Source: Steroidobacteraceae bacterium (GTDB taxonomy: Bacteria; Pseudomonadota; Gammaproteobacteria; Steroidobacterales; Steroidobacteraceae). Taken from it: DNA of 64,000 bases. The stretch covers positions 9,598-73,597 of the forward strand of contig DATFEQ010000043.1 in assembly GCA_035250905.1 (NCBI GenBank), written 5' to 3'. The position numbers and the translations under genes are program-made. Below the pieces are notes generated by a model. The model worked only from the letters and a program-made list of their open reading frames with translations. It was not told where the DNA came from and made no database searches. Numbering within the stretch: the first letter of the stretch is position 1; every line of letters begins with the position of its first letter. This document shows positions 39,357-50,496 of this stretch, in pieces.

Positions 39357-40796
39357 TCAACGGGCATTGGCCGCGCGCTTGCGCTCGTTCGACGGCGCGA
39401 GCGACATCGCCTCGCGGTACTTGGCGACCGTGCGGCGTGCGACCGGGATGCCCTCCTGAGAGAGGATTTCGGCGATACGGCTGTCGCTCAGCGGGCTGGC
39501 GGGGTCCTCCTGTGCAATGAGCTTGCGGATCTTGGCGCGGATGGCGGTCGAGGACGTCTCGGTACCGTCCTCCCCGGCCACATGGCTCGAGAAGAAGTGG
39601 CGGAACTCGTACACGCCGCGTGGCGTGTGCATGTACTTGGCGGTGGTGACGCGCGAAATCGTCGATTCGTGCATCTGCACGGCCTCGGCGACGTCGCGCA
39701 GGATCATCGGCTGCATCGCCTCATCGCCCTGCTCGAAGAAGGCCGACTGCCGCTGCACGATGCAGCGCGCCACCTTGAGCAGCGTGTCGTTGCGGATCTC
39801 GAGACTGCGCAGCAGCCAGCGCGCTTCCTGCAGTTGCGCGCGCAGCGAGGCGTGATCCCCCGACCGGCCGAGCATGCCGGCATAGCTCTGGTTGACGCGG
39901 ATGCGCGGCAGCGTCGCGGGATTGATCTCCACCGTCCAGCCGGAGTCCGTGCGCCGCACGAACACGTCCGGGACCACGTACTCCGCGGTCGAGGCGTGAA
40001 TGGCGGAGCCGGGACGGGGATGGCAGGAGCGCAGCAGCGCGAGTGCGTGCTCGAGCTCTTCGTCCGACACGCGCAGCTGGCGCTTGAGGATGTTGAATTG
40101 CTGGCTGGCGACCTCGTCGAGGTGCTGATCCGCCAGTGTCTGGGCCAGCGCGAGACCAGGGATATCGGCACTCAGCTGCTTGAGCTGCAGGCCGATGCAC
40201 TCGCCGATCGAGCGTGCGCCCACCCCGGCGGGATCGAGGCTCTGTACCTGCGCCAGCACGCGCTCGAGGTCGGCGATCTCGCAGGTCACGTCGGGCAACA
40301 TGCCCTGGCGGATCTCGTCGAGACTGTCGATGAGGTAACCGTCGTCGTTGATGGCGTCGACGATGGCCAGGCCGATCGCCTGGTCACGCGGCTCCAGCCG
40401 CGCGAGCTCGAGCTGCCACACCAGGTGGTCCTGGAGTGTCTGGCCGCGCTCGTCTGCGAATTCCTGCGACCGGTCCGAATCCCCGCTCCACGGCGTTTCC
40501 GAGGGCCCGGTGGTCTGTTCGGCCCACGCGTCGTCTGCAATCTCCACTTCCGCGCGACGCTCTTCCGGTTGTTCCGCGCCCTCGGCCTGAGGTTGTTCCG
40601 CCGCTGGAGACTCAAACGTGCCGGTGGCCTCGGGCAGCTCGTCGAGCGACTCGAGCATCACGTTGCTCTCGAGCGCCTGGCGGATGTGCGCCTGCAGGTC
40701 GAGTGCGGGCAGCTGCAGAAGGCGGATCGCCTGCTGAAGCTGCGGGGTCATCGTCAGTTGCTGACCCAGCCTGAGCTGCAGCGTCGCTTTGAGCAT
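39357..40796 (-). CDS. rpoN: RNA polymerase sigma-54 factor
   Basis: N-terminal LQLRLGQQLTMTPQLQQAIRLLQL, an acidic region II, and the RpoN box ARRTVAKYR. Confidence 0.95.
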   Translation of the reverse strand: MLKATLQLRLGQQLTMTPQLQQAIRLLQLPALDLQAHIRQALESNVMLESLDELPEATGTFESPAAEQPQAEGAEQPEERRAEVEIADDAWAEQTTGPSETPWSGDSDRSQEFADERGQTLQDHLVWQLELARLEPRDQAIGLAIVDAINDDGYLIDSLDEIRQGMLPDVTCEIADLERVLAQVQSLDPAGVGARSIGECIGLQLKQLSADIPGLALAQTLADQHLDEVASQQFNILKRQLRVSDEELEHALALLRSCHPRPGSAIHASTAEYVVPDVFVRRTDSGWTVEINPATLPRIRVNQSYAGMLGRSGDHASLRAQLQEARWLLRSLEIRNDTLLKVARCIVQRQSAFFEQGDEAMQPMILRDVAEAVQMHESTISRVTTAKYMHTPRGVYEFRHFFSSHVAGEDGTETSSTAIRAKIRKLIAQEDPASPLSDSRIAEILSQEGIPVARRTVAKYREAMSLAPSNERKRAANAR

Positions 40797-40835
40797 CGGG
40801 GAGTGAAAGGATCCTTGAGCGCCGGCCTGAAGGTT

Positions 40836-41561
40836 CTATAACTTGAAGTCCGCGCCTAAGTACACCTCACGGACCTGTGGATTGGCAAGAATCTGTTCCG
40901 CGGATCCTGAAGCAATTACCGTTCCCTGATTTACAATATACGCGCGGCCGCAAATTCCCAGTGTTTCCCGCACGTTGTGGTCGGTGATGAGCACGCCGAT
41001 GCCGCGCTCGATGAGGTGGCGAATGATGCGCTGAATGTCGATCACCGACAGTGGGTCGACGCCCGCGAAGGGCTCGTCCAGCAGCACGAAACGGGGCTCG
41101 ACCGCGAGCGCGCGCGCAATTTCGACACGCCGGCGCTCGCCACCCGACAGGCTGATCCCGAGGCTGGCGCGCACGTGGCCGATGTGCAGCTCCTCGAGCA
41201 GCCCTTCCAGCCGTTCCCGGCGCTGCTGAGCGTCGAGCTCGGCGCGCGTCTCGAGGATCGCGAGGATATTGTCCTCGACCGAGAGCTTGCGGAAGACCGA
41301 CGCCTCCTGCGGCAGGTAACCGAGACCGAGCTGCGCGCGCCGATGCATCGGCAGCTGGGTCAACTCCTTCTCATCGATGAAGATCCGGCCTTTGTCGCAG
41401 CCGATGAGGCCCACGATCATGTAGAACGCCGTGGTCTTGCCGGCGCCGTTCGGCCCCAGCAGCCCCACCACCTCGCCGCTCCCCACCTCCAGCGACAGGT
41501 CGCGCACCACCTGGCGCTTGCGATAGCTCTTGGCGAGTTGGTGGACGCTGAGTGTGCTCAT
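40836..41561 (-). CDS. lptB: LPS export ABC transporter ATP-binding protein LptB
   Basis: From ATG 41561. Walker [10 protein letters not shown] and signature [13 protein letters not shown] rejected the ORF-track extension to 42149. Confidence 0.95.
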   Translation of the reverse strand: MSTLSVHQLAKSYRKRQVVRDLSLEVGSGEVVGLLGPNGAGKTTAFYMIVGLIGCDKGRIFIDEKELTQLPMHRRAQLGLGYLPQEASVFRKLSVEDNILAILETRAELDAQQRRERLEGLLEELHIGHVRASLGISLSGGERRRVEIARALAVEPRFVLLDEPFAGVDPLSVIDIQRIIRHLIERGIGVLITDHNVRETLGICGRAYIVNQGTVIASGSAEQILANPQVREVYLGADFKL

Positions 41562-42226
41562 TGCGGGCGATCCGCCCCTGGCTTCTTCTGCTCGCCCTCC
41601 ATGCTGCGGGGGTTGATCGTGATGCGCACACGTTCCTGGCCCTGCTCGCTCGCCTCGGCGAGCACGCGCTGGTCGCGAATGCTGTACACGAGCTTCTGGC
41701 CATGGATGTCGTTGCGGCCATCGGTGAGATAGGCGTCCTCCATGAGTTGCACGTTGCCGGCGGTGAAGTCGTACTCGATGCGACCGGCGCGGCCCTTGGC
41801 GATGTCGTCGCTCTCCTGGAGCTGCTGTTCGAAGGTGGCCGGAGAGCCGGTGATGACCGCGGTCGCGATCTGGTTGTTGACGAAAGTCACCTGCGCATCG
41901 TTCGATGCGAGCGAGCCGCCCTCGACGTCGATGCGCACGTTGCCGCGGAACTCCCAGCGGCTGTTCTCGAAGTTGAGCCCGGTCGCGGTCGCCTCGTCCG
42001 CCTCGACGCGCACGGTCCCCTGCACGATGCGCACCTGGCGGAAGCGCAGCGTATTGTTGCGGTAGTCGAAATCGGAAGAGGCCGCGTCGAGCGAGATTGG
42101 CAGATCCGACTGGCGCGGCCCGGCGGCGTGCGCGGCAATGGCGACACACGCGCCGCAGAGCGCGAGCACGAGCGCGAAACGCGCGCTGCGCGAGGAGCTA
42201 GGGAGGCGGGGGAGTGAACCGACCAT
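41558..42226 (-). CDS. lptA: LPS transport periplasmic protein LptA
   Basis: Signal peptide, then an OstA-like fold ([38 protein letters not shown]). Its stop overlaps the lptB start (ATGA). The start is uncertain, since the 42226 start overlaps lptC by 29 nt. Confidence 0.8.
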   Translation of the reverse strand: MVGSLPRLPSSSRSARFALVLALCGACVAIAAHAAGPRQSDLPISLDAASSDFDYRNNTLRFRQVRIVQGTVRVEADEATATGLNFENSRWEFRGNVRIDVEGGSLASNDAQVTFVNNQIATAVITGSPATFEQQLQESDDIAKGRAGRIEYDFTAGNVQLMEDAYLTDGRNDIHGQKLVYSIRDQRVLAEASEQGQERVRITINPRSMEGEQKKPGADRPQ

Positions 42227-42764
42227 GCACGGCTGATTCTAGCTGCAGCTTTTCGGCCTTCAAATCCGCGACCAGGCCCATCGTGCTCAGCCGGCGGCTG
42301 CCCCACTCGAGGTCGACGCGATCGCGCGTAGAGGCGATGTTGGACTCCGTGTTGAGCATGAGACGCTCGGTGCGAATGACCGCCGGCTGCGAGTCGCCAG
42401 CCGGCTGGCCGACGACCCGGACGTCTCCCGACAGGTTGAGCACCTTGGAGGCGGGAGGCACGAAGCCGCGGGCCGCCGTGACCGTCCAATCGTTGGCCCC
42501 CGGCGGGCGGTACGAGACCGACAGGTTCTCGAGCTCGATGCCGCCATCGAAGGGCCGCTGGCGTATTTCCCGGGCATCGAGGCGGTAGAGCGGCGACCCA
42601 TCCTCGCCCGTCTCCACGATCCGGGCGCCGGTCATGAAGTATCCGGGCTGCAACGGCTCCGTCGGGGTCTGCGGGCGATCGGGCGCCGGCCTCCGACCCT
42701 TGTTGAACGCGCTCACGGCGACCACGACGACCAGCGCAGCAATGACGAAGATTCTCCAGATCAT
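42198..42764 (-). CDS. lptC: LPS export system protein LptC
   Basis: Single N-terminal TM helix (IWRIFVIAALVVVVAVSAF), size 188 aa, and the conserved position between kdsC and lptA. Confidence 0.75.
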   Translation of the reverse strand: MIWRIFVIAALVVVVAVSAFNKGRRPAPDRPQTPTEPLQPGYFMTGARIVETGEDGSPLYRLDAREIRQRPFDGGIELENLSVSYRPPGANDWTVTAARGFVPPASKVLNLSGDVRVVGQPAGDSQPAVIRTERLMLNTESNIASTRDRVDLEWGSRRLSTMGLVADLKAEKLQLESAVHGRFTPPPP

Positions 42765-43261
42765 CCGCGCGCTCCCGCCGCCACGAGGAGCCAGTCACAA
42801 ACCTCGCGCACGGCGCCGCGCCCACCGTTGGCGCTCGTCACCCTGTCGGCGGCGCGCTGCACTTCGGGATGCGCGTCTGCAACCGCCACGGCGTGGCCGA
42901 CCGCGCGCATGAGCGGGATGTCCGAGGTGTCATCGACGACACACAGCGCGTCGTTGGCGCTCACGCCGACCCGCCCGAGCACGCGTTCGAGCGCGGCGAC
43001 CTTGTCATCGCACCCCTGCTCCAGGTGTGTGATGCCGAGCTCGCGACAGCGGGCCGTCACGGCGTCCGAGGTGCGCCCGGAGATCACGCTGACGCCGATC
43101 CCGGCCTGCATCACGAGTTTCAGGCCCAGTCCGTCGCGCACGTGAAAGACCTTGAGTTCCTCGCCCTTCGCCCCGTAGTGCAGGCGCCCGTCGGTGAGGA
43201 CTCCGTCCACGTCGAGCACCAGCAGACGGATGCGGGCGAGCGGCGTGCGCGCGGCGGCCAC
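42761..43261 (-). CDS. kdsC: 3-deoxy-D-manno-octulosonate 8-phosphate phosphatase
   Basis: HAD motif LLVLDVDGVLTDG, FHVRDGLGLK and the C-terminal GGRGAVREVCD. Confidence 0.9.
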   Translation of the reverse strand: MAAARTPLARIRLLVLDVDGVLTDGRLHYGAKGEELKVFHVRDGLGLKLVMQAGIGVSVISGRTSDAVTARCRELGITHLEQGCDDKVAALERVLGRVGVSANDALCVVDDTSDIPLMRAVGHAVAVADAHPEVQRAADRVTSANGGRGAVREVCDWLLVAAGARG

Positions 43262-43263
43262 CG

Positions 43264-44307
43264 CTACATGACCCCGGCACGCAGCAGATCGTGCACATTG
43301 AGCGCGCCGACCAGCACGCCGTCCGCGTCGACCACCGGCAGCGCGGTGATCGAGTGCAGCTCCATCAGGTGGACCGCTTCCGCGGCGAGCTCCTTCGGAC
43401 GGATGGACTTGCCGCCCTTCGTCATGACCTCACCCATGCGCGTCTTGTGCACGTCGAGCTGCTTGTCGAGGGCGCGGCGCAGGTCGCCGTCGGTGAAGAT
43501 GCCGACGATGCGGCGCTGCTCGTCGACGATGGTGGTCATGCCGAGCGCTTTGCGCGACATCTCCATCAGGCCCTGGGCGAGTGGCGTATCGGCGGTGACC
43601 ATCGGCACATCCTTGCCGGTGCGCATCACGTCCTCGACGTGCAGCAACAGCCGCCGGCCGAGGCTGCCGCCGGGGTGAGAACGCGCGAAGTCCTGTTCGG
43701 TGAAGCCGCGGCACTTGAGCAGCGCGACCGCGAGCGCATCCCCCATGGCGAGCGTGGCCGTGGTGCTCGCGGTCGGCGCGAGGTTGAGCGGGCAGGCTTC
43801 CGCCGGCACGCTCACGTCGACGTTCACTGTGGCGGCGCGCGCGAGCGTGGAATCCGGGTTGCCGGTGAAAGTGATGAGCGGCGTGCCCAGGCGGCGGATG
43901 TGCGGCACGAGGGTCGCGATTTCGGCGGTTTCGCCGGAATTCGAGATGGCGAGCACCACGTCCTGGCGAGTGATCATCCCGATGTCGCCGTGGCCGGCTT
44001 CGGCCGGATGCAGGAAGAACGCGGGCGTGCCGGTGCTCGCGAGCGTCGCGGCGATCTTGCTGCCCACGTGGCCCGACTTGCCCATGCCGGTCACCACGAC
44101 CCGTCCCTTGCATTCCAGGCACAGGCGGCAGGCATGGACGAAGCTGCGATCGAGTCGCGGCACCAGCGCGCTCACCGCTTCGGCCTCGGTGGTGAGCGCC
44201 TGCCGGCCGAGCTCGAGCAGCGTGTCATCGGCCAGCGGGGCTGGCGGGAGGCTCGAAGAATGCTTGTCGGGAGCCATGCTTGCGGCGCTGATTGGGGCGG
44301 ACATCAT
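43264..44307 (-). CDS. kdsD: Arabinose-5-phosphate isomerase
   Basis: SIS domain (VVVTGMGKSGHVGSKIAATLASTGTPAFF) plus a C-terminal CBS pair. The start is ATG 44307 or 44277. I rejected the long upstream ORF extension. Confidence 0.9.
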   Translation of the reverse strand: MMSAPISAASMAPDKHSSSLPPAPLADDTLLELGRQALTTEAEAVSALVPRLDRSFVHACRLCLECKGRVVVTGMGKSGHVGSKIAATLASTGTPAFFLHPAEAGHGDIGMITRQDVVLAISNSGETAEIATLVPHIRRLGTPLITFTGNPDSTLARAATVNVDVSVPAEACPLNLAPTASTTATLAMGDALAVALLKCRGFTEQDFARSHPGGSLGRRLLLHVEDVMRTGKDVPMVTADTPLAQGLMEMSRKALGMTTIVDEQRRIVGIFTDGDLRRALDKQLDVHKTRMGEVMTKGGKSIRPKELAAEAVHLMELHSITALPVVDADGVLVGALNVHDLLRAGVM

Positions 44308-44433
44308 ACATCGCCTGTTCGTCCGGCCGCGTGCGTCCCGGCGCATGGGGCAGCTCAGAGTTGCCCTTGGTTTCGAGACCGGGTCGAATTCATTACTATC
44401 CGCGGGCTGTCGCAGCAGAAAGGTGCCGAGTCC

Positions 44434-44682
44434 ATGACCGCCGAGCAGGTTGCCGAGCTCATCCGCGCGGGCCTTCCCCAGGCCGAGGTGCGCGTAGCGA
44501 GCGACGACGACACCCACTTCGAGGCGCAGATCGTCTCCGCTGCGTTCAGCGGCAAGCGCAGCCTGGCGCGCCACCAGCTGGTGTACGCGACGCTGGGCGC
44601 CCTGATGGGACGCGAGATCCACGCGCTGTCGATCCAGGCGTACACGCCCGAAGAATGGCGCACGCGCGGCGCGGCGCGCTGA
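44434..44682 (+). CDS. ibaG: BolA family protein IbaG
   Basis: 82 aa from ATG 44434. THFEAQIVSAAFSGKRSLARHQLVYATL matches the BolA-like signature. It lies directly upstream of murA. Confidence 0.8.
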   Translation: MTAEQVAELIRAGLPQAEVRVASDDDTHFEAQIVSAAFSGKRSLARHQLVYATLGALMGREIHALSIQAYTPEEWRTRGAAR

Positions 44683-45948
<1,266 letters not shown>

Positions 45949-45955
45949 ACTCCCG

Positions 45956-47083
45956 CTACTGCTGCGGGCGCTCGGAGATGGGAATCGTGAATTCGAACGC
46001 CTGGCCGCGACGGATGCCGCGTACCTGAACTTCCTTGCCGGGCAGGAGCCGAGCGACGTGCGCACGTGCCTGCACCGAGGTTTGAATCTGCTCATCGTCC
46101 ATGTGAGTGATCACATCGAAGCGCCGTAACCCGGCACGCTCCGCCTGGCTGTCGGGTCTCACTACCGCCACCAGCACACCGCTGCCGTCCTGCACGCCGA
46201 GGGCCTGGGCGAGCTGCGGCGACAAATCGTCGCACTCGACGCCGATCCAGCCGCGGACCACGCGGCCGTTGCGCAGGATTTCCTGCGTCACGCCGCGCAC
46301 CAGGTCGACCGGAATCGCGAAGCTGATGCCCTCGATCCCGGCGGTGCGCGCGAGCACCGCGGTGTTGATCCCGACGAGCTCGCCGCTGGTGTTCACCAGC
46401 GCGCCACCCGAATTGCCGGCATTGATCGCGGCGTCCGTCTGAATGAAGTTCTCGAAGTCCGCGACCATGCCGTACAAGCCACGCCCGGTCGCGCTCACGA
46501 TGCCCTGCGTCACGGTCTGGCTGAGGCCGACGGGATTGCCGATGGCGAGCACCACGTCGCCCGAGCGCAGCCTGTCGGATCGACCCAACGTCATCGTCGG
46601 CAGGTCGGGGAGGTCCACCTTGAGCACGGCAAGATCCGTGTCCGGATCGCGCCCCAGCACCTGCGCGGGCGCTACGCGCCCGTCGGAGATCTGCACGCTG
46701 ATCGCAGCCGCTTCCGGCACGACATGATTGTTGGTGACGATGTGACCTTCGCCGTCGATCACGACGCCCGAACCGAGACTGCGCTCGATCCGTTGCCGGT
46801 AGCGCGGGCCGAAGAGTCGCTCGAGCTGCGGCGGCAACGCCCGCTCGGTCACCACGCGCTCGGTATTGATGTTGACGACTGCGGGCGCGCTGCGCTCGAC
46901 CGCCTCCGCATAGGAGGTCGTCTGGCGGCCGGGTGCCGTGGTCGGAGGGGCGGCGACCGGCTCGCCGGAGGACGCCTGCGGCCGCAGCAGGTCGGGCTTG
47001 AGCAGAACGAGCACGAAAGCCGCTGCCAGGCCCACCACCGCGAAGCGCAACAGGAACACGAGGACGCGACTGAAGGCGGTCAT
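45956..47083 (-). CDS. degS: Membrane-anchored HtrA-family serine endoprotease with one PDZ domain (DegS/AlgW type)
   Basis: From ATG 47083. It has an N-terminal TM helix, catalytic triad contexts TNNHV, DTDLAVLKV and GNSGGALV, and a single PDZ domain. Confidence 0.85.
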   Translation of the reverse strand: MTAFSRVLVFLLRFAVVGLAAAFVLVLLKPDLLRPQASSGEPVAAPPTTAPGRQTTSYAEAVERSAPAVVNINTERVVTERALPPQLERLFGPRYRQRIERSLGSGVVIDGEGHIVTNNHVVPEAAAISVQISDGRVAPAQVLGRDPDTDLAVLKVDLPDLPTMTLGRSDRLRSGDVVLAIGNPVGLSQTVTQGIVSATGRGLYGMVADFENFIQTDAAINAGNSGGALVNTSGELVGINTAVLARTAGIEGISFAIPVDLVRGVTQEILRNGRVVRGWIGVECDDLSPQLAQALGVQDGSGVLVAVVRPDSQAERAGLRRFDVITHMDDEQIQTSVQARAHVARLLPGKEVQVRGIRRGQAFEFTIPISERPQQ

Positions 47084-47135
47084 GAGTGATTGTTCTGGAA
47101 TGCCGCCGGGCAAAAAGGGCGGGTAACGACTTGTG

Positions 47136-47141
47136 TATAAT
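47136..47141 (+). promoter_or_regulatory. Candidate -10 hexamer (perfect TATAAT) for petABC
   Basis: A perfect TATAAT lies in the GC-rich degS/petA divergent spacer, about 105 nt upstream of the petA ATG. No good -35 was seen. Confidence 0.3.
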
Positions 47142-47246
47142 GCGCCGCTTCCTGCGGAATCGAAACCGGCGCGGCCGGGCGGCCTTTCGGCACCGGGCAA
47201 GTGCGCATGTGGCGCAACACAAGACCGATGCGGCGAGGGAGATTGG

Positions 47247-47849
47247 ATGACTGAAGAGGTCGACAAGAGCCGGCGTCAGTTTCTCACTGCGGCAACGGCC
47301 GCCACCGGGGCGGTGGGAGCCGTGTTCGCCGCCACTCCGTTTGTGCTCTCCTGGCAGCCGAGCGTGCGTGCACGCGCACTCGGCGCCCCCATCGAAATCG
47401 ACATCAGCAAGCTCGAGCCGGGCGCCATGATCACCGTTCAGTGGCGCAAGCAGCCGGTATGGATCGTGCACCGCACGCGCGAGATGCTCGAACAACTGCC
47501 GCGGCTCAACGATCGGCTCAAGGATCCTGATTCCTCAAGTTCGGATCAGCCCGAGTACGCCAAGAACGAGGCGCGCGCCCGCAAGCCCGACTACCTGGTG
47601 CTGGTCGGCACCTGCACGCATCTCGGCTGCCTGCCGAAGAGCCGCTTCCAGATGGGCGTGGGCGAAGGCGGCCCGGACTGGCCCGGTGGCTGGTTCTGCG
47701 TCTGCCACGGCTCGCGTTTCGACATGGCGGGGCGCGTATTCAAGGACTCCCCGGCCTCCGCCAACCTGCGCGTGCCGCCGTACGACTTCATCAACGACAC
47801 CACCGTCATCGTCGGTGCGGACCAGGCGCCCGCCCAGGGAGCCGCGTGA
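47247..47849 (+). CDS. petA: Ubiquinol-cytochrome c reductase Rieske iron-sulfur subunit
   Basis: Tat-type signal KSRRQFLTAATA and Rieske boxes CTHLGC and CVCHGS. Confidence 0.9.
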   Translation: MTEEVDKSRRQFLTAATAATGAVGAVFAATPFVLSWQPSVRARALGAPIEIDISKLEPGAMITVQWRKQPVWIVHRTREMLEQLPRLNDRLKDPDSSSSDQPEYAKNEARARKPDYLVLVGTCTHLGCLPKSRFQMGVGEGGPDWPGGWFCVCHGSRFDMAGRVFKDSPASANLRVPPYDFINDTTVIVGADQAPAQGAA

Positions 47850-49087
47850 TGGCAGCGAATGGCGGCCGCATGGCGGCCCTCAGCCGGTGGTTCGACGAGC
47901 GCTTCCCCGCGCATAAGCTCATCCGCGAGCACGTCTCGGAGTACTACGCGCCCAAGAACTTCAATTTCTGGTACTACTTCGGCTCGCTCGCCCTGGTCGT
48001 GCTGGTGATCCAGATCCTGAGCGGCATCTTTCTCGCGATGAGCTACACGCCTTCGGACATCGAGGCGTTCCAGTCGATCGAGTACATCATGCGCGAGGTC
48101 GAGTGGGGCTGGCTCATCCGCTACCTGCATTCGACCGGGGCATCGGCCTTCTTCATCGTCATCTATCTGCACATGTTCCGCGCGCTCCTGTACGGCTCGT
48201 ACAAGAACCCGCGCGAGCTCGTGTGGATCATCGGCATGCTGATCTACGTGGCGCTCATGGCCGAGGGCTTCTTTGGCTACGTGCTGCCCTGGGGCAACAT
48301 GTCCTACTGGGGCGCGCAGGTGATCGTGTCGCTCTTCAGCGCGATTCCCGGCATCGGCGATGCGCTCGCCGAATGGGTCCGCGGCGATTACAGCATCTCG
48401 GACATCACGCTCAACCGCTTCTTCGCCCTGCACGTCGTCGCGGTGCCGCTGCTGCTTATCTTCCTGGTGATCGCGCACATCCTGGCGCTGCACGAGGTCG
48501 GTTCGAACAACCCGGACGGCGTCGAGATCAAGAAGCACAAGAAGCCCGATGGCACGCCGCTCGATGGCATCCCCTTCCATCCCTTCTATACGTACAAGGA
48601 TCTGGTTGGCACGGGAGTGTTCCTGATCCTGTTCTGCAGCGTGATCTTCTTCGAACCCACCTTCGGCGGGTACTTCCTGGAGCGACCGAATTTCGAGCCG
48701 GCGAATCCGCTCAACACGCCCGAGCACATCGCGCCGGTGTGGTACTTCACGCCGTACTACGCGATTCTGCGCGCGGTGCCCGACAAGCTCGCGGGCGCGA
48801 TCCTGATGGGTCTCGCGATCCTGCTGTTCTTCTTCCTGCCGTGGCTCGATCGCTGCAAGGTGAAATCGATCCGCTATCGCGGCTGGACCTACCGGGTGTT
48901 CCTCGGCGCGTTCGCAGTGAGCTTCCTCGCGCTGATGTACCTGGGCCTGCAACCGGCGCAGGGCACTTACGTGGTCCTCGCGCGCATCTTCACGGTGATC
49001 TACTTCGCGTTCTTCCTGCTGATGCCGATCTACACGCGCTTCGAGAGAACTCGTCCGGTTCCCGACAGGGTCACCTTCCATGCGTAA
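47846..49087 (+). CDS. petB: Cytochrome b
   Basis: Polytopic, with conserved WGWLIRYLHSTGASAFF and heme-ligand His contexts. The start (GTG 47846 or ATG 47849) overlaps the petA stop. Confidence 0.95.
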   Translation: MMAANGGRMAALSRWFDERFPAHKLIREHVSEYYAPKNFNFWYYFGSLALVVLVIQILSGIFLAMSYTPSDIEAFQSIEYIMREVEWGWLIRYLHSTGASAFFIVIYLHMFRALLYGSYKNPRELVWIIGMLIYVALMAEGFFGYVLPWGNMSYWGAQVIVSLFSAIPGIGDALAEWVRGDYSISDITLNRFFALHVVAVPLLLIFLVIAHILALHEVGSNNPDGVEIKKHKKPDGTPLDGIPFHPFYTYKDLVGTGVFLILFCSVIFFEPTFGGYFLERPNFEPANPLNTPEHIAPVWYFTPYYAILRAVPDKLAGAILMGLAILLFFFLPWLDRCKVKSIRYRGWTYRVFLGAFAVSFLALMYLGLQPAQGTYVVLARIFTVIYFAFFLLMPIYTRFERTRPVPDRVTFHA

Positions 49088-49835
49088 GGCGGCATTCGCT
49101 CTGCTGACGTTTCTCGCCGGGGCCGCCGCCGCGAGCGAAGGAGGCGGCGAAAGCTGGCGCCAGTGGGCTGCCGATACCGACATCACCAGTACTGCCTCGT
49201 TGCAGCGGGGCGCGCGCAACTTCGCCAACTACTGTCTCGGCTGCCACTCGCTGCAATACGTGCGTTACAGCCAGGTGGCCGAGGACCTCGGTCTCACCGA
49301 GGAGCAGGTGAAGGCCAACCTGATGTTCACCGGCGAGCGGCCGCACGACCACATGCTGAGCGCGATGCCGCCCGCCGACGCCGAGCGCTGGTTCGGTCGC
49401 GCGCCGCCCGACCTGTCGCTGATGGCGCGCGCGCGCGGCCGCGATTACCTCTACCAGTTCCTCAAGACCTTCTACCTCGACGAAAGCAAGCCGACCGGAG
49501 CCAACAACCTGGCGCTGGAAAACGTGGCGATGCCGCACGTGCTGGCCGACCTGCAGGGCCTGCAGAAGGCCGTGTTCGTCCTGGAGAAACAGCACGAGGG
49601 CGGCCAGGAGAAGATGCAGCGGCGCTTCGATCACTTCGAGCCCGTGTCGCCCGGTCGGCTGAACGCGGCGGAGTACGACGCCTTCGTGAAGGACCTCGTC
49701 AATTTCCTCGATTACGTCGCCGAGCCCGCCCGCGCCAAGCGCCAGCAGCTCGGCATCTGGGTGATCCTGTTCCTGCTGGTGTTCACCGGTTTCGCGTGGG
49801 CACTCAAGAAAGAGATCTGGAAAGACGTCCACTGA
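49080..49835 (+). CDS. petC: Cytochrome c1
   Basis: Signal peptide, heme motif CLGCHS, a C-terminal TM anchor, and PPDLSLMA. Confidence 0.9.
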   Translation: MRKAAFALLTFLAGAAAASEGGGESWRQWAADTDITSTASLQRGARNFANYCLGCHSLQYVRYSQVAEDLGLTEEQVKANLMFTGERPHDHMLSAMPPADAERWFGRAPPDLSLMARARGRDYLYQFLKTFYLDESKPTGANNLALENVAMPHVLADLQGLQKAVFVLEKQHEGGQEKMQRRFDHFEPVSPGRLNAAEYDAFVKDLVNFLDYVAEPARAKRQQLGIWVILFLLVFTGFAWALKKEIWKDVH

Positions 49836-49863
49836 ACGCGCTGACAAAAGAGAGTCGGGGGAG

Positions 49864-50493
49864 ATGACCCTGGTGTCGAGTCGCCGCTCGGTGATGACGC
49901 TGTTCTCTTCAGCGAACGATCCTTTCAGCCATCGCACGCGCCTGGTGCTCGCCGAAAAGGGCATCAACATCGACATCGTGAACGTCGAGCCCGGCGCGCT
50001 GCCCGAGGACCTGCTCGACCTGAACCCCTATCACAGCGTGCCGACGCTGGTCGACCGCGAGCTCGTGCTGTACGACTCGCGCGTGATCATCGAATACCTG
50101 GACGAGCGCTTTCCGCATCCGCCGCTGATGCCGGTCGACCCGGTCACGCGCGCGCAGTTTCGCCTGGCGCTGTATCGCATCGAGCGCGATTGGTACGGTT
50201 TGGCGCTGCAGATCGAGCAGGAACCGGACAAGAAGCAGGGGCTGCGGCTGCGCAAGATCCTGCGCGACCAGATCCTCGCGAGCAGCGAGGTGTTCAAGGC
50301 GAAGCCGTTCTTCCTGAGCGACGAGCTCTCGCTCGTGGATGCGACCATCGCGCCCATCCTGTGGCGCCTGCCCTATTTCGGCATCGATCTCCCGCCGCAG
50401 GCGCAGGCGATAACCCGCTACGCCAGTCACATCTTCGCGCGTCCGTCGTTCCGCGAGAGCCTCTCGGAGACGGAGCAGGAGATGCGGATCTGA
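49864..50493 (+). CDS. sspA: Stringent starvation protein A
   Basis: RSVMTLFS...SHRTRLVLAEKG matches the SspA N-terminus. GST-like fold. Confidence 0.9.
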   Translation: MTLVSSRRSVMTLFSSANDPFSHRTRLVLAEKGINIDIVNVEPGALPEDLLDLNPYHSVPTLVDRELVLYDSRVIIEYLDERFPHPPLMPVDPVTRAQFRLALYRIERDWYGLALQIEQEPDKKQGLRLRKILRDQILASSEVFKAKPFFLSDELSLVDATIAPILWRLPYFGIDLPPQAQAITRYASHIFARPSFRESLSETEQEMRI

Positions 50494-50496
50494 ACG

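Noticed and set aside
43291-44433. Plus-strand ORF upstream of ibaG (463-aa ORF)
   Set aside because: It is antisense to kdsD. BolA homology begins only at ATG 44434.
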